Shown in pieces: positions 25,933 to 35,515 of a stretch of 64,000 nt of DNA. The stretch lies in IMG/VR virus record IMGVR_UViG_3300048855_000163, positions 39-64,038 of that record; one strand, given 5' to 3'. This DNA comes from a virus. Every line of letters begins with the position of its first letter. Position 1 is the first letter of the stretch. A program made the position numbers and the translations under genes. The notes under the pieces were generated by a model, which saw only the letters and a program-made list of their open reading frames with translations, was not told the DNA's origin and made no database searches.

Positions 25933-26006
25933 TGGCGGGTCGTCTAACGGTAGGACAGCGGATTTTGGCTCCGCGAATGTAGGTTCGATTCCTGCCCCGC
26001 CAGCCA
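25933..26006 (+). tRNA. tRNA-Gln(TTG)
   Basis: Acceptor TGGCGGG/CCCGCCA, arm GCGGA-TTTTGGC-TCCGC, T-arm GTAGG-TTCGATT-CCTGC, encoded CCA. Confidence 0.93.
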
Positions 26007-26035
26007 AGGGCAATTGACTTCATAGACGGTTATCC

Positions 26036-27604
26036 ATGCTCGCCACCGACGACACGCTGTTTCGGCTGCGGCGGCTGGCGGCTGCCACAAAGCGGCTGAG
26101 GCTGCTCGAAGAGCGTGATGCCTGCGAAAACAGCCTGAGCGACTTCCTTCGGGGCGGCTGGCGCTATATCGATCCATCGCCCTATGTGCACGGCTGGCAT
26201 CTCGATGCAATCGCCGAGCACCTCGAGGCGGTGACCAACGGCGATATCCGCCGGCTGGTCATCAACGTGCCGCCGCGTTCGTCGAAGTCGTCCATCGTGT
26301 CGGTCGCATGGCCGGCTTGGACATGGGCGCAATCGGCTGAGGGCGCGCTTGCCGGCCCACATGTGCAGTTTCTGTCTGCGTCCTATGCTCAATCGCTTTC
26401 GACGCGCGACAGCTTGAAGTCACGGCGTCTGATCACGAGCCCCTGGTATCAGGAGCGATGGGGCGAGCGGTTCACGCTCACCGGCGATCAGAACGCCAAG
26501 ATGCGTTACGAGAATGATCGTGGCGGCTATCGCATCGCAACGTCGGTCGGTGGCGCGCTGACAGGTGAGGGCGCCTCGATCATCCTGATCGACGATCCGC
26601 ACAATGCAACGGAAGCGGAATCGGAAGCCGTGAGGCTGTCCACGCTGGCCTGGTGGGACGAGGCGATGTCGACGCGCCTCAACGACCCGAAGACCGGCGC
26701 CTATGTCGTGATCATGCAGCGGTTGCATGAGGAGGATCTGACCGGCCACATCCTGAACCATCAGGGTGACGACTGGGTTCACCTCATGCTGCCGATGGAG
26801 TTCGAGCCCCATCGGAAATGCGTGACCGTTCTGGGCTGGGAAGATCCTCGAACAGAGGAAGGCCAGCTGCTCTGCGACGAGCGCTTCGGCGTTCCCGAAG
26901 TCGAGATGCTGAAGCGGGCTCTTGGCCCGTATGCAGCGGCCGGCCAGCTGCAGCAAGCGCCGACGCCACGTGGTGGCGGTATCATCAAGCGTGAGTACTG
27001 GGGGCTCTGGGAACAAGAGCACTATCCCGCCTGCGATTATGTGATCGCCTCGCTCGACACGGCTTATACGACCAAGGAAGAGAACGACTTTTCGGCCCTG
27101 ACGATCTGGGGTGTGTTCAGCGAGTCCGGCGTTTCAAAAGCCATTCTCATGTACGCCTGGAAGGATCGGTTGGAGCTGCACGACCTGGTGAAGCGCACCG
27201 CCGAGACGTGCAAGAAGTACAAGGTCGACCGGATCCTGATCGAGGGCAAAGCCTCCGGCAAGAGCGTCATTCAAGAGATCCGCAGGCTTTACGGTCATGA
27301 GGATTGGGCGGTTCAGGAAGTCAACCCCGAGACTGACAAGGTGGCGCGCGCCTATACGGTGCAGCCGACCTTTGCCGCTGGCCTGATCTTCGCGCCCGAC
27401 AAGAAATGGGCTGACATGGTGATCAGCGAGGTTGCTGCCTTTCCCAAAGGACAATGGGCAGACCTTGTGGACAGCACGACGCAAGCTGTGAAGCATCTGC
27501 GTGATGCTGGTATTCTGAAGATGCCGGAAGAACGCGCGGGCGAGCTTGCGGAAGCCATGCGGTACAAGCCGCAGGCAAGCAAGCGGCCGCTCTACGTGGC
27601 CTAG
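26036..27604 (+). CDS. terL: Terminase large subunit
   Basis: INVPPRSSKS Walker A, IILIDDP Walker B, SLDTAY...NDFSA nuclease, IEGKASG, DLVDSTTQA. Confidence 0.96.
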   Translation: MLATDDTLFRLRRLAAATKRLRLLEERDACENSLSDFLRGGWRYIDPSPYVHGWHLDAIAEHLEAVTNGDIRRLVINVPPRSSKSSIVSVAWPAWTWAQSAEGALAGPHVQFLSASYAQSLSTRDSLKSRRLITSPWYQERWGERFTLTGDQNAKMRYENDRGGYRIATSVGGALTGEGASIILIDDPHNATEAESEAVRLSTLAWWDEAMSTRLNDPKTGAYVVIMQRLHEEDLTGHILNHQGDDWVHLMLPMEFEPHRKCVTVLGWEDPRTEEGQLLCDERFGVPEVEMLKRALGPYAAAGQLQQAPTPRGGGIIKREYWGLWEQEHYPACDYVIASLDTAYTTKEENDFSALTIWGVFSESGVSKAILMYAWKDRLELHDLVKRTAETCKKYKVDRILIEGKASGKSVIQEIRRLYGHEDWAVQEVNPETDKVARAYTVQPTFAAGLIFAPDKKWADMVISEVAAFPKGQWADLVDSTTQAVKHLRDAGILKMPEERAGELAEAMRYKPQASKRPLYVA

Positions 27605-27612
27605 GAGATTTC

Positions 27613-27993
27613 ATGGTTAGCGCTGCTCCGATCGCCGCAATGACGGCGGTCAATGCTGGCAACGCCGCACGTGCCGCGCATCGAGCCTATTGTGAAAAGC
27701 TGGTCAACAGTTACGACGCGTCGACCGCGACAGTTGATCAGGCCCGCGAGTACGCCAAGTGCGTCTACACGCTTTATGGCGATGGTCAGCCGCTCGATCC
27801 TGTCGCGGTCCTTCTATTGAAGGCTACGATCCTGTTGGCGTTCGCTGGTGGCGCAATCGGCGCTTGGCATGGCCACCGAAAAGAAGGTTTGTTTGGAGCC
27901 GCCTGTTTCGGCGTCCTGGGGCTTGCCTCCGGGCCAGTTCTGGTCGGTGTGCTTGCGCTGCTGTTCGCCGCCCTTGCATTCCTCGTTTCCTAA
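27613..27993 (+). CDS. Membrane protein
   Basis: Two C-terminal hydrophobic helices. Confidence 0.65.
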   Translation: MVSAAPIAAMTAVNAGNAARAAHRAYCEKLVNSYDASTATVDQAREYAKCVYTLYGDGQPLDPVAVLLLKATILLAFAGGAIGAWHGHRKEGLFGAACFGVLGLASGPVLVGVLALLFAALAFLVS

Positions 27994-28018
27994 CCATGCG
28001 CGCTGCATGAGGAGAGAC

Positions 28019-28228
28019 ATGGCGAAAGCCGGTGAATTCGAGGTCCGAGTGTATGACCCGTATCCGTGCTGGTGCGAGATCCGTTACGAGGGGCGCCCCA
28101 TCATGATCGGTGACGATCGTCACCTACGCATCAATCACATGGAGCTGAGCGATCTGCATTACGCAGTCGAGAAGGCGATGCAGGAGGCGCGGGCGAAGCT
28201 GCCGCCTGACAGCCGCGGTGAAGTGTGA
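28019..28228 (+). CDS. Hypothetical protein
   Basis: GAGGAG RBS. Confidence 0.6.
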   Translation: MAKAGEFEVRVYDPYPCWCEIRYEGRPIMIGDDRHLRINHMELSDLHYAVEKAMQEARAKLPPDSRGEV

Positions 28229-28455
28229 TGGACGCCCGCATGACAGCCTGGCAGCCCATAGAAACAGCGCCGAAGGATGGGAGTGTTCTTCTCGTCTGTG
28301 AGGTGGGTCTAGATTCTAGCATGACTTACGCGGTCGCTTTTTGGGGGGCACAGCAAGACGGTGTGGAAACGTGGTTTGGATTAGACCTTTTGCCATTGGG
28401 TTATAGCCTCACCCATTGGATGCCGCTCCCCGAGCCCCCGAAGGGTGATGCATGA
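28228..28455 (+). CDS. DUF551-like protein
   Basis: WQPIETAPKDG...THWMPLPEPP. Confidence 0.8.
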   Translation: MDARMTAWQPIETAPKDGSVLLVCEVGLDSSMTYAVAFWGAQQDGVETWFGLDLLPLGYSLTHWMPLPEPPKGDA

Positions 28456-28676
28456 GCAGGGGCTTCACCTTAAGCGATGAGAGGCGCATGCGCCCGGTCA
28501 CGCTGTCCGATCTGCGCGCGCTGCCGACCGGCACGTACGAGTTCGACATGTCCGGGTTGCCTGTGATCGTACGCCGCGATGGCGCGTTCACCGATGTCGC
28601 AATCACTAAAGCGATTTCCGCTGATGTGCTGGGCAACTGCTTGGCCGATAAGAACTTCAGCAAGGGTGATGCATGA
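28452..28676 (+). CDS. Hypothetical protein ending KGDA
   Basis: Bounded by junction repeats. Confidence 0.6.
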   Translation: MSRGFTLSDERRMRPVTLSDLRALPTGTYEFDMSGLPVIVRRDGAFTDVAITKAISADVLGNCLADKNFSKGDA

Positions 28677-28945
28677 ACAAGACCGCCAACATTACTATCG
28701 TTAGCCAGAATGATAGCCTTTTCGTTCTGACAGCCCCCTTGGTCGTTCGCCTCCCTCCGACGGTTTACATGGACATCAAGGGCAAGGAGGGCAGCGATCT
28801 CCTTGACGCATTCGAGGGCCATTACGGCGTGCGACCGCCGGAAGAGCTGGAAACGCTGGAGGACGCTCGACAGATGCAACGCCTGATGTCGGCCATTCTG
28901 AGCCGGCCGGCTGAATTCATCGATCCTTCGAAGGGCGATGCATGA
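28673..28945 (+). CDS. Hypothetical protein, paralogue of the next gene
   Basis: HYGVRPPEELETLED. Confidence 0.65.
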   Translation: MNKTANITIVSQNDSLFVLTAPLVVRLPPTVYMDIKGKEGSDLLDAFEGHYGVRPPEELETLEDARQMQRLMSAILSRPAEFIDPSKGDA

Positions 28946-29190
28946 CTGAGGTAGATTCGCTGTTCGCGTTGATTGGGCGCGATATCCTCATCAGCGATCC
29001 CGAGTTCTTCACCCAACTGGCCGGCAAGACATGGGCGCATGTCGCTGATGCCATCGAGGCGCGGTATGGCCTCCGTCCGCCGGAGGCATTGCGAACACGC
29101 GATGATGTCGAGCAGGTGCGCAAACTGATCGCGGTCGTCAATTCACGATTGCCGGCTGAGCCGTTACCGGCTGTTGAAGCCCCCGTCTGA
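28942..29190 (+). CDS. Hypothetical protein, paralogue of the previous gene
   Basis: RYGLRPPEALRTRDD. Confidence 0.65.
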   Translation: MTEVDSLFALIGRDILISDPEFFTQLAGKTWAHVADAIEARYGLRPPEALRTRDDVEQVRKLIAVVNSRLPAEPLPAVEAPV

Positions 29191-29201
29191 GCAAAGCCCA
29201 C

Positions 29202-29411
29202 ATGTCCAAGAAACCCGCTCCCGACGCTCCGGCGCCGGTTGAGAACGCATGCCCATGCAGCGGCACATGTCAGCAGACCATCGCTGATCTCCGCTCCGAA
29301 CTCGACAAGGCCTGGCGCACCATCGCCAAGATGGACGCCCGCACACAGATGACGAGCGAGCGTGTCGACGCGCTTCACAAAGCCCTGTCCGGTATGGGCT
29401 GGGTGCAATGA
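29202..29411 (+). CDS. Small coiled-coil protein
   Basis: IADLRSELDKAWRTIAKM. Confidence 0.6.
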   Translation: MSKKPAPDAPAPVENACPCSGTCQQTIADLRSELDKAWRTIAKMDARTQMTSERVDALHKALSGMGWVQ

Positions 29412-29629
29412 ACGCCAACAACGTCCGCGATCTGTTGGAGCCGGGGCTCTTCGCTATCGACAAGCGCCTGGGCATGGAGATCGACTACAGCGACGGCTCT
29501 TTGGACGTCACGCTCAATGGCCGCAAGGCAAAGCTATACACTGCTGAGCAAATTCGCGACTTCGCGATCGGTCAGCCTGGCTGCATCGACGATATCCGAC
29601 GCGTCCGCGATAGCCTAGACGTCCGGTAA
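29408..29629 (+). CDS. Hypothetical protein, paralogue of 29669-29902
   Basis: VRDLL.P...DGS......GR.A.L..A..I...RVRD.L. Confidence 0.65.
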   Translation: MNANNVRDLLEPGLFAIDKRLGMEIDYSDGSLDVTLNGRKAKLYTAEQIRDFAIGQPGCIDDIRRVRDSLDVR

Positions 29630-29668
29630 CAACCAGTACAACGCTCTTTCAGCAATGGGATGGGTGAG

Positions 29669-29902
29669 ATGACCCGCAAGATTGATGCAGCTTATATTCG
29701 TGACCTTTTGCTCCCAGCCGTTGTGTGCTCCGATCCAAGGGGGCATCTCGAAATATCCGCGGATATTGATGACGGTTCGGTGCACCTGAAATACGGCGGA
29801 CGAAGCGCGCGACTGTTCTCGGCTCAAGAAATCTCCCAGTTGCCGGGTAATCATGATTATCGCGGCGATCTAAAGCGCGTCCGTGATCGCCTAGTCGACT
29901 GA
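29669..29902 (+). CDS. Hypothetical protein, paralogue of 29408-29629
   Basis: Same pattern as its paralogue. Confidence 0.65.
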   Translation: MTRKIDAAYIRDLLLPAVVCSDPRGHLEISADIDDGSVHLKYGGRSARLFSAQEISQLPGNHDYRGDLKRVRDRLVD

Positions 29903-29915
29903 TAAGAACCAGTAA

Positions 29916-32111
29916 ATGGCATCAAACCCCTTCTCACTCGGCAACATACCGTTGTCGAGCCCATCACCTGTGTCTGATGAAGGCACGACGATCGTGGTGG
30001 ACGCTGAGGGGGATGCCACGCCTGGGCTCGATCCGGAGACGGGCACCGTCACCATCGAGCACGACGACGGCTCGATCACGATCGGCCCCGACGAGGACGA
30101 CAGTGTCGAGCGGCAGGAAGAGACGGACGAGAACTTCTATCGCAACCTCGCGTTGGAATTGGATGGATCCACACTCGGGCTGATCGCAGATGATCTGCTG
30201 GAGGGCATCGACTCCGATATCGCCTCCCGCAAAGATTGGCTGGAGCAGCGGGCCGAGATTATCGCCATGCTCGGCCTCAAGCTGGAGGAGCCGCGCGGCG
30301 ATCTATCGGCCTCAGCCGCGCCGCTCGAGGGCATGTCGGTCGTCAACCATCCGCTGCTGCTCGAGGCTGTGCTCCGGTTCCAAGCCAACGCCCGGGGCGA
30401 GCTTCTGCCGGCGGAAGGCCCGGTCAAGGTCAGCGTCGACAGTGAAGCCGACAGCACCGGCACGCAATCGACACTACCGGGCGATACGCAACCGGCGCTC
30501 GATTCCGACAATCTCGCCGAGACGCTTGAGGAGCAGTTCAACTACTACCTGACGGTCACCGCCAGCGAGTACTATCCCGACACCGACCGCATGCTGTTCC
30601 TGCTCGGGGCAGGCGGCACGATGTTCAAGAAGGTGTACCGCTGCCCGATCAGGCGTCGTCCGGTCTCGGAAAGCGTCGATGCCGAGCACATCATCGTCTC
30701 AAATAACGCCACGGACCTGAAGAACGCCCTGCGCGTCACCCACCACATCCGCAACATGAGCAAGACCACGCTCAAGCGGATGCAGCTGCTGGGCGTCTAT
30801 CGGGATATTATGCTCGGCGACCAGACGGGGCCGGAGATCACGGCCGTCGATCAGGTCAAGGCCGAGCAGCAGGGCACTGACCCGAACGCTACCCGGCCGG
30901 AGGACCAGAACCCCGACCTTTACGAGTGCTATTGCAGCCTGGACATTCCGGGCTTCGAAGACACCGACGATAAGGGCAACGCAACGGGGCTCTTGCTCCC
31001 GTATCGCGTGACGATCCATCGTGAGTCCAAGCAGATCCTGGCGATCGTCCGCAACTGGGAGCAGGGCGACGACGACAAGATCGCCCGCGAGGTGTTCGTC
31101 AAATACCCGTTCGTGCCGGGCCTCGGCTTCTGGGATATCGGTCTCGGGCATATCCTGGGCAACACGACGCGGGCGCTTTCGGCGATGTGGCGCATCGCCA
31201 TCGACAACGGCATGTTCGCGAATTTTCCCGGCGGCCTGATAGCCAAGAGTGCCGTCCGGCAGAATTCGAACGAAATGCGGATTCCGCCGGGCGGTTTCCA
31301 GCCCATCGAGACATCGGACAAAGATATCCGCTCGCTCGTGACCGAGCTGCCCTATCGCGACGTGAGCCCGGCATTTCTCAGCCTGATACAGGGCGTCACG
31401 GAAACCGGCCAGCGTGTCGGCGGTACGGCGGAGCTACAGGTCGGCGAGGGCAGGCAGGACGCGCCCGTGGGCACGACGCTCGCCCTGATCGAGCAGGCCA
31501 CCAAGGTCATGGATGCGGTCCATAAGCGCATCCACGCCGCACAGGCCAAAGAATTCCAGCTGCTCAAGGAGCTGTTTCGGCAGAACCCGCAGGACATCAT
31601 CCGCGGGCGCAAAGGCGCCTTGGAAGCCTGGAACGAGGACGAATTCAAGGCGGCGCTTGAGCGCGCCGATATCACGCCGCGCGCCGATCCGAACACGCCG
31701 AGCCACATGCACCGGCTGATGAAGGCGATGAACCTGCTGCAGATGGCACAGATGGCGCCGCAGCTGTTCAACACCTACGAGGTCGCGACGTACGTTCTGC
31801 GGATCTTGGGCATCGAGAATATCGACAAGATCCTCGTGCCGCCGCAACCGGTTGCGCCCGCGCCGCCGCCACTCGCCGATGTTGCCAAGATGATCGCCGC
31901 GCAGGCCCAGCTCGGCCGCAATCAGGTCGCGTCAGAAAAGAACCAGCTTCAGGCGGCCCAGTTGGCTGCCGATAACCAGCACCGCGACGCAGACCGCGAT
32001 GCCGACTTGCAGAAGGCCTCTCTCAACGTGGCGAAGGAACTCATCGTCCATCCCGAGAGTGCGCCGATTGTCGAAAACACGCTCGGTCCACTGAAACCGC
32101 CGACGCAGTAG
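29916..32111 (+). CDS. Portal protein
   Basis: 731 aa after terL; FY.NLA..L...D..SR.DW, HP.L.EAV.RFQA.A..EL.P..GPVK, YPDTDRMLF, GTT.AL.EQA.KVM.A.HKR.H. Confidence 0.88.
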   Translation: MASNPFSLGNIPLSSPSPVSDEGTTIVVDAEGDATPGLDPETGTVTIEHDDGSITIGPDEDDSVERQEETDENFYRNLALELDGSTLGLIADDLLEGIDSDIASRKDWLEQRAEIIAMLGLKLEEPRGDLSASAAPLEGMSVVNHPLLLEAVLRFQANARGELLPAEGPVKVSVDSEADSTGTQSTLPGDTQPALDSDNLAETLEEQFNYYLTVTASEYYPDTDRMLFLLGAGGTMFKKVYRCPIRRRPVSESVDAEHIIVSNNATDLKNALRVTHHIRNMSKTTLKRMQLLGVYRDIMLGDQTGPEITAVDQVKAEQQGTDPNATRPEDQNPDLYECYCSLDIPGFEDTDDKGNATGLLLPYRVTIHRESKQILAIVRNWEQGDDDKIAREVFVKYPFVPGLGFWDIGLGHILGNTTRALSAMWRIAIDNGMFANFPGGLIAKSAVRQNSNEMRIPPGGFQPIETSDKDIRSLVTELPYRDVSPAFLSLIQGVTETGQRVGGTAELQVGEGRQDAPVGTTLALIEQATKVMDAVHKRIHAAQAKEFQLLKELFRQNPQDIIRGRKGALEAWNEDEFKAALERADITPRADPNTPSHMHRLMKAMNLLQMAQMAPQLFNTYEVATYVLRILGIENIDKILVPPQPVAPAPPPLADVAKMIAAQAQLGRNQVASEKNQLQAAQLAADNQHRDADRDADLQKASLNVAKELIVHPESAPIVENTLGPLKPPTQ

Positions 32112-32121
32112 GGGTAAAACA

Positions 32122-32643
32122 ATGAAAGAACTTCGCGCTCAGTCGCGCGCCTCCGCAAAGTCGCGCGTTTCCAAGATCATCGGTACGTCCAGCGTTCCGA
32201 AGACCGATCCCGGTGGGGAGAAGGTCGCCGTCGTCAACCGCACCGGCCCGAAAGAGGCGGCTGCTGTGATGCGCTCGGAAGGCGGATCGTCCAAGCCGCG
32301 TCTCGACCGGCCGAAGCGCTTCGCCCGCGGCGGCCGCACCAAGAGCGGCAAAGGCACCAATGTGAATATCATCATCGGCCAGAAGCCCGATGCGACACCT
32401 GTGCCCATCCCCATCCCGGCGCCTGGTGCAACCCCTGGCCCGGCTCCCGTACCGCCGGCTGCAGCGCGTCCGCCTGTGCTTCCTCCGGCAGGCCTTCCGG
32501 TGCCCGCTCAGGGCGCCGGCCCTGTTCCTCCGATGATGGCGCGCAAGCGCGGTGGCCGCGTGCCGGCGAAGTTCACCGCTGGCGCGGGATCGGGTGAGGG
32601 CAGGCTGGAAAAGACCGAGCACGTGAAGCGCAAGGGCAAATGA
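32122..32643 (+). CDS. Basic low-complexity virion-associated protein
   Basis: FARGGR and RKRGGRV motifs; Pro-rich. Confidence 0.65.
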   Translation: MKELRAQSRASAKSRVSKIIGTSSVPKTDPGGEKVAVVNRTGPKEAAAVMRSEGGSSKPRLDRPKRFARGGRTKSGKGTNVNIIIGQKPDATPVPIPIPAPGATPGPAPVPPAAARPPVLPPAGLPVPAQGAGPVPPMMARKRGGRVPAKFTAGAGSGEGRLEKTEHVKRKGK

Positions 32644-32843
32644 TCACCTTCGGCATTCCGCTCGAAGAAAAGGTCAAAGACGAGATCGCCCAGCAGATCG
32701 CCGCACGCGTCGAGCAGATCTCTCACGGCCAAATGTCGCCCGACGATTACAAGCACAACTGCGGCTACGTGAAGGCTCTCCGGGATGTCCTGGCGATGTT
32801 CGAGGACGCCCACAAATCTGTCAACGCTGACAAGGAGAAATAG
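32640..32843 (+). CDS. Hypothetical head-module protein
   Basis: Y...CGY..AL motif; ATGA overlap. Confidence 0.7.
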   Translation: MITFGIPLEEKVKDEIAQQIAARVEQISHGQMSPDDYKHNCGYVKALRDVLAMFEDAHKSVNADKEK

Positions 32844-32849
32844 CAGCGC

Positions 32850-33278
32850 ATGCCGTATGCTGCCATTCAACACGACAAAGACCCGAAGGAACTCATCCTC
32901 CAGCGCGTGGGGGATGTTTCGGGCTATGAGCTTATCGCCCCCAACAAGGTGATGATCGTCCTCTACACGCGCCCGAGCCGGACCAAGAGCGGCATCATCC
33001 TCACCGACAAGACGCTGGACGAGGACAAATATCAGTCCAAGTGCGGTCTCGTGATCGCCATGGGTGCGCTCGCATTCCAGGACGACGAGAACATCCGCTT
33101 CGGCGGCAAGCGGATCGACATCGGGGACTGGGTTGCGTTCCGTCCCGGCGACGCGTGGCCCCTGCAGCTCCCGAACAAGCTCAAGGGCGAACCCGGCGAG
33201 GACGAGACGGTCCATTGCCGTCTCATCGACGACTATCTCATCCAAATGCGGGTGATCTCGCCCGATCACCTCTATTGA
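32850..33278 (+). CDS. GroES-like co-chaperonin
   Basis: TKSGIILTD...G.VIAMG..A...GDWV.F. Confidence 0.8.
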   Translation: MPYAAIQHDKDPKELILQRVGDVSGYELIAPNKVMIVLYTRPSRTKSGIILTDKTLDEDKYQSKCGLVIAMGALAFQDDENIRFGGKRIDIGDWVAFRPGDAWPLQLPNKLKGEPGEDETVHCRLIDDYLIQMRVISPDHLY

Positions 33279-33285
33279 GGTCGCA

Positions 33286-34266
33286 ATGACCACTGAGACC
33301 GAAAACGATACGATCGTCTTCAATCTGGACGACGACGAAACGGCCGGCAAGCCCAAGACCGAAGAACTCGTCGTTGAGCTTGAAGGCAATGACAAGGGCG
33401 AAGGCGCCCCGAATCCGAAACCCGACACGGAAGACCCCGCAGACGTTCTGAAGCGCCAGCTCGAGGAAACGCAAGCGCGGGAAACGGCGGAACGTGAGCG
33501 AGCCCAGCGGGCCGAACGCGAAGCCGCTGAAGCCCGGCGGGCGGCGGCTGACTACCAGACCCGCGATGCCGAGCGCGAGCTTCAGATCGCCTCGACCGCC
33601 ATTGAATCGGCCAAGCATGAGGCTGACGCCGCCGCACGAGAGCTGAAGGAAGCACTCGAAGCGGGCAATTACGAAGAGGTCGTCAAAGCCCAGCGACGCG
33701 TCGCTCGTACCGAGCAGCGCCTCCAGCAGATGGAAGACGGCCTTGAGATCATCAAGGCGCGGCGCAATCTGCCGCCGCCGACTGAAGGCCGCGTGCAGCC
33801 TCAGCCGCCGGCCGATCCTGTCGAGGCCATGGCTCATGGCCGCTCGGCCAAGACGGCAGCATGGATCCGGGCGCACCCGACCGTTGCGACCGACCCGCGT
33901 CTGAACAAGAAGGCCGTTGCGGCTCACATGGAAGCCGAGGCCGACGGGATTGCGCCCGACACGGACGAATATTTTGCCCGGATCGAGGAGCGGCTGGGCT
34001 TCAAACAGCCGGAACAGGCCCCGCCCGCTCAGAAGCAGAAATCCGTTCCGCCTCCGGCAGCGCCCGGCACGCCATCAGCGCATTCGGCCAGCACCGGACG
34101 CCAGGCCGACGGCAAGATCAGGCTGCCTCCGGCATTTGCCGAGGCAGCGAAAGAGTATGCCGAGGCCAACAGCAGCAATCCCAAAGAGTACCAGCAGAAG
34201 CTTCGCGAGTACGCAGTGAATTTCGAAAAGCTGAAGCGCGAAGGCCGGCTGGAAACCGTCCACTAA
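33286..34266 (+). CDS. Capsid scaffolding protein (putative)
   Basis: Acidic coiled coil between portal and capsid genes. Confidence 0.7.
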   Translation: MTTETENDTIVFNLDDDETAGKPKTEELVVELEGNDKGEGAPNPKPDTEDPADVLKRQLEETQARETAERERAQRAEREAAEARRAAADYQTRDAERELQIASTAIESAKHEADAAARELKEALEAGNYEEVVKAQRRVARTEQRLQQMEDGLEIIKARRNLPPPTEGRVQPQPPADPVEAMAHGRSAKTAAWIRAHPTVATDPRLNKKAVAAHMEAEADGIAPDTDEYFARIEERLGFKQPEQAPPAQKQKSVPPPAAPGTPSAHSASTGRQADGKIRLPPAFAEAAKEYAEANSSNPKEYQQKLREYAVNFEKLKREGRLETVH

Positions 34267-34275
34267 GGCAATCCC

Positions 34276-34797
34276 ATGACAGAAAACACCGAAACTCCGG
34301 TTCGTCGCGGGCCGGAGCGCCCTCCGCTGCGTCCCGAGCTGCGTGAGCCGATCCGCCAGGAAGGCCGCGATCTCCCGCCGATGGGCCTCAGCCTGGACGA
34401 GGACGAGGATCTCAGCGAATTCAAGATCCCGGGCCACTACTTCGCCAACGGATGGGACTACCAATGGAAGACCTATTCCATCTATGGCAAGGAAGATCCC
34501 TACTACATCAGCAAGCTCAAGCGCCGGCACTGGGAAGAAGTCCAGGCCGAGACGCATCCTGATATCGCGCTCCCCGGCCAGACCGGCGCCATCATCAAGG
34601 GCGGCCTCATCCTCATGCGGCGCCCGCGTTACCTGACCGATCAGGCGAAAGCCCGTGAGGAAGCCAAGGCCCGTCAGGTCATGGGCGACAAGCTTCAGCA
34701 GCTCGGTCTTGCGCCGCCCGGCACCTTGCCGCGCACGGCGGACCCGCGCACGGCCCCCAAGGTCAAGACGAGCTACGAACCCATTCCCGAGGAGTAG
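34276..34797 (+). CDS. Conserved head-module protein
   Basis: WDYQWK...G......W..V...HP...GLILM.RP. Confidence 0.7.
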   Translation: MTENTETPVRRGPERPPLRPELREPIRQEGRDLPPMGLSLDEDEDLSEFKIPGHYFANGWDYQWKTYSIYGKEDPYYISKLKRRHWEEVQAETHPDIALPGQTGAIIKGGLILMRRPRYLTDQAKAREEAKARQVMGDKLQQLGLAPPGTLPRTADPRTAPKVKTSYEPIPEE

Positions 34798-34913
34798 TCC
34801 TCCTCTGGTTCATCAGCCGCCGGGCGCTCCGGTGGCTTCTCACGCACAAACACAGGTTTGCGGTTCCGCGGCGCTCGCGGAGGCAGCCATTCCCCTCATC
34901 AGGACAAAGCATC

Positions 34914-35501
34914 ATGGCGAATAATGCAACGCCGTACGGCTTTGATCAGTGGGGCGACGGCTCCGGCGGCGCCCCCACTTTTCAACAGACTGTCGGCCTT
35001 ATTGCCCCGACTGACACCACGGCCATCTTCACGGGTGACCCGGTGGTGCTGCTCACGACGGGCTACATCACCCGCGCCAATCCCGCGGCAATCCCTGCCA
35101 ATGGCATCTACGGCATTTTCGGCGGCTGCGAATACTACTCGCCGTCGCAGAACAGGATCGTACAGACGCCCTATTGGCCGGGCACCAATGACGTGGCCGG
35201 CGATATCAAGGCCTATGTCATCAACACCCCGTTCGCGAAGTTCAAGGTGAAGTCGTCCGCTGCTGCGATCACGCAGGCGGATGTCGGCGCCAATGTGAAC
35301 TTCGTCTACGTCGGCACCACGGGCAACACCTTCAACGGTCAGTCCAACGCCGCCGTAGATCCCACCACCATCGCTGTCACTGCGACCCTTCCGTTCCGCA
35401 TCGTGGAAATTCTCACGATCGGCACCGATCCGACGCAGCCGAACAACGAAGTCGTGGTCGAGATGAACAACCAGTCCTTCCGCACCACGACTGGTATCTA
35501 A
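34914..35501 (+). CDS. Minor capsid/decoration protein (putative)
   Basis: MAN...P.GF...I.TGDPV...G.F.GCEY; immediately before the capsid gene. Confidence 0.7.
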   Translation: MANNATPYGFDQWGDGSGGAPTFQQTVGLIAPTDTTAIFTGDPVVLLTTGYITRANPAAIPANGIYGIFGGCEYYSPSQNRIVQTPYWPGTNDVAGDIKAYVINTPFAKFKVKSSAAAITQADVGANVNFVYVGTTGNTFNGQSNAAVDPTTIAVTATLPFRIVEILTIGTDPTQPNNEVVVEMNNQSFRTTTGI

Positions 35502-35515
35502 CGGGGAGTTGAACG

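Larger units (their letters stand above)
28441..28945 (+). repeat. Three copies of the 15-bp gene-junction repeat AAGGGYGATGCATGA
   Basis: 28441-28455, 28662-28676, 28931-28945. Confidence 0.9.
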
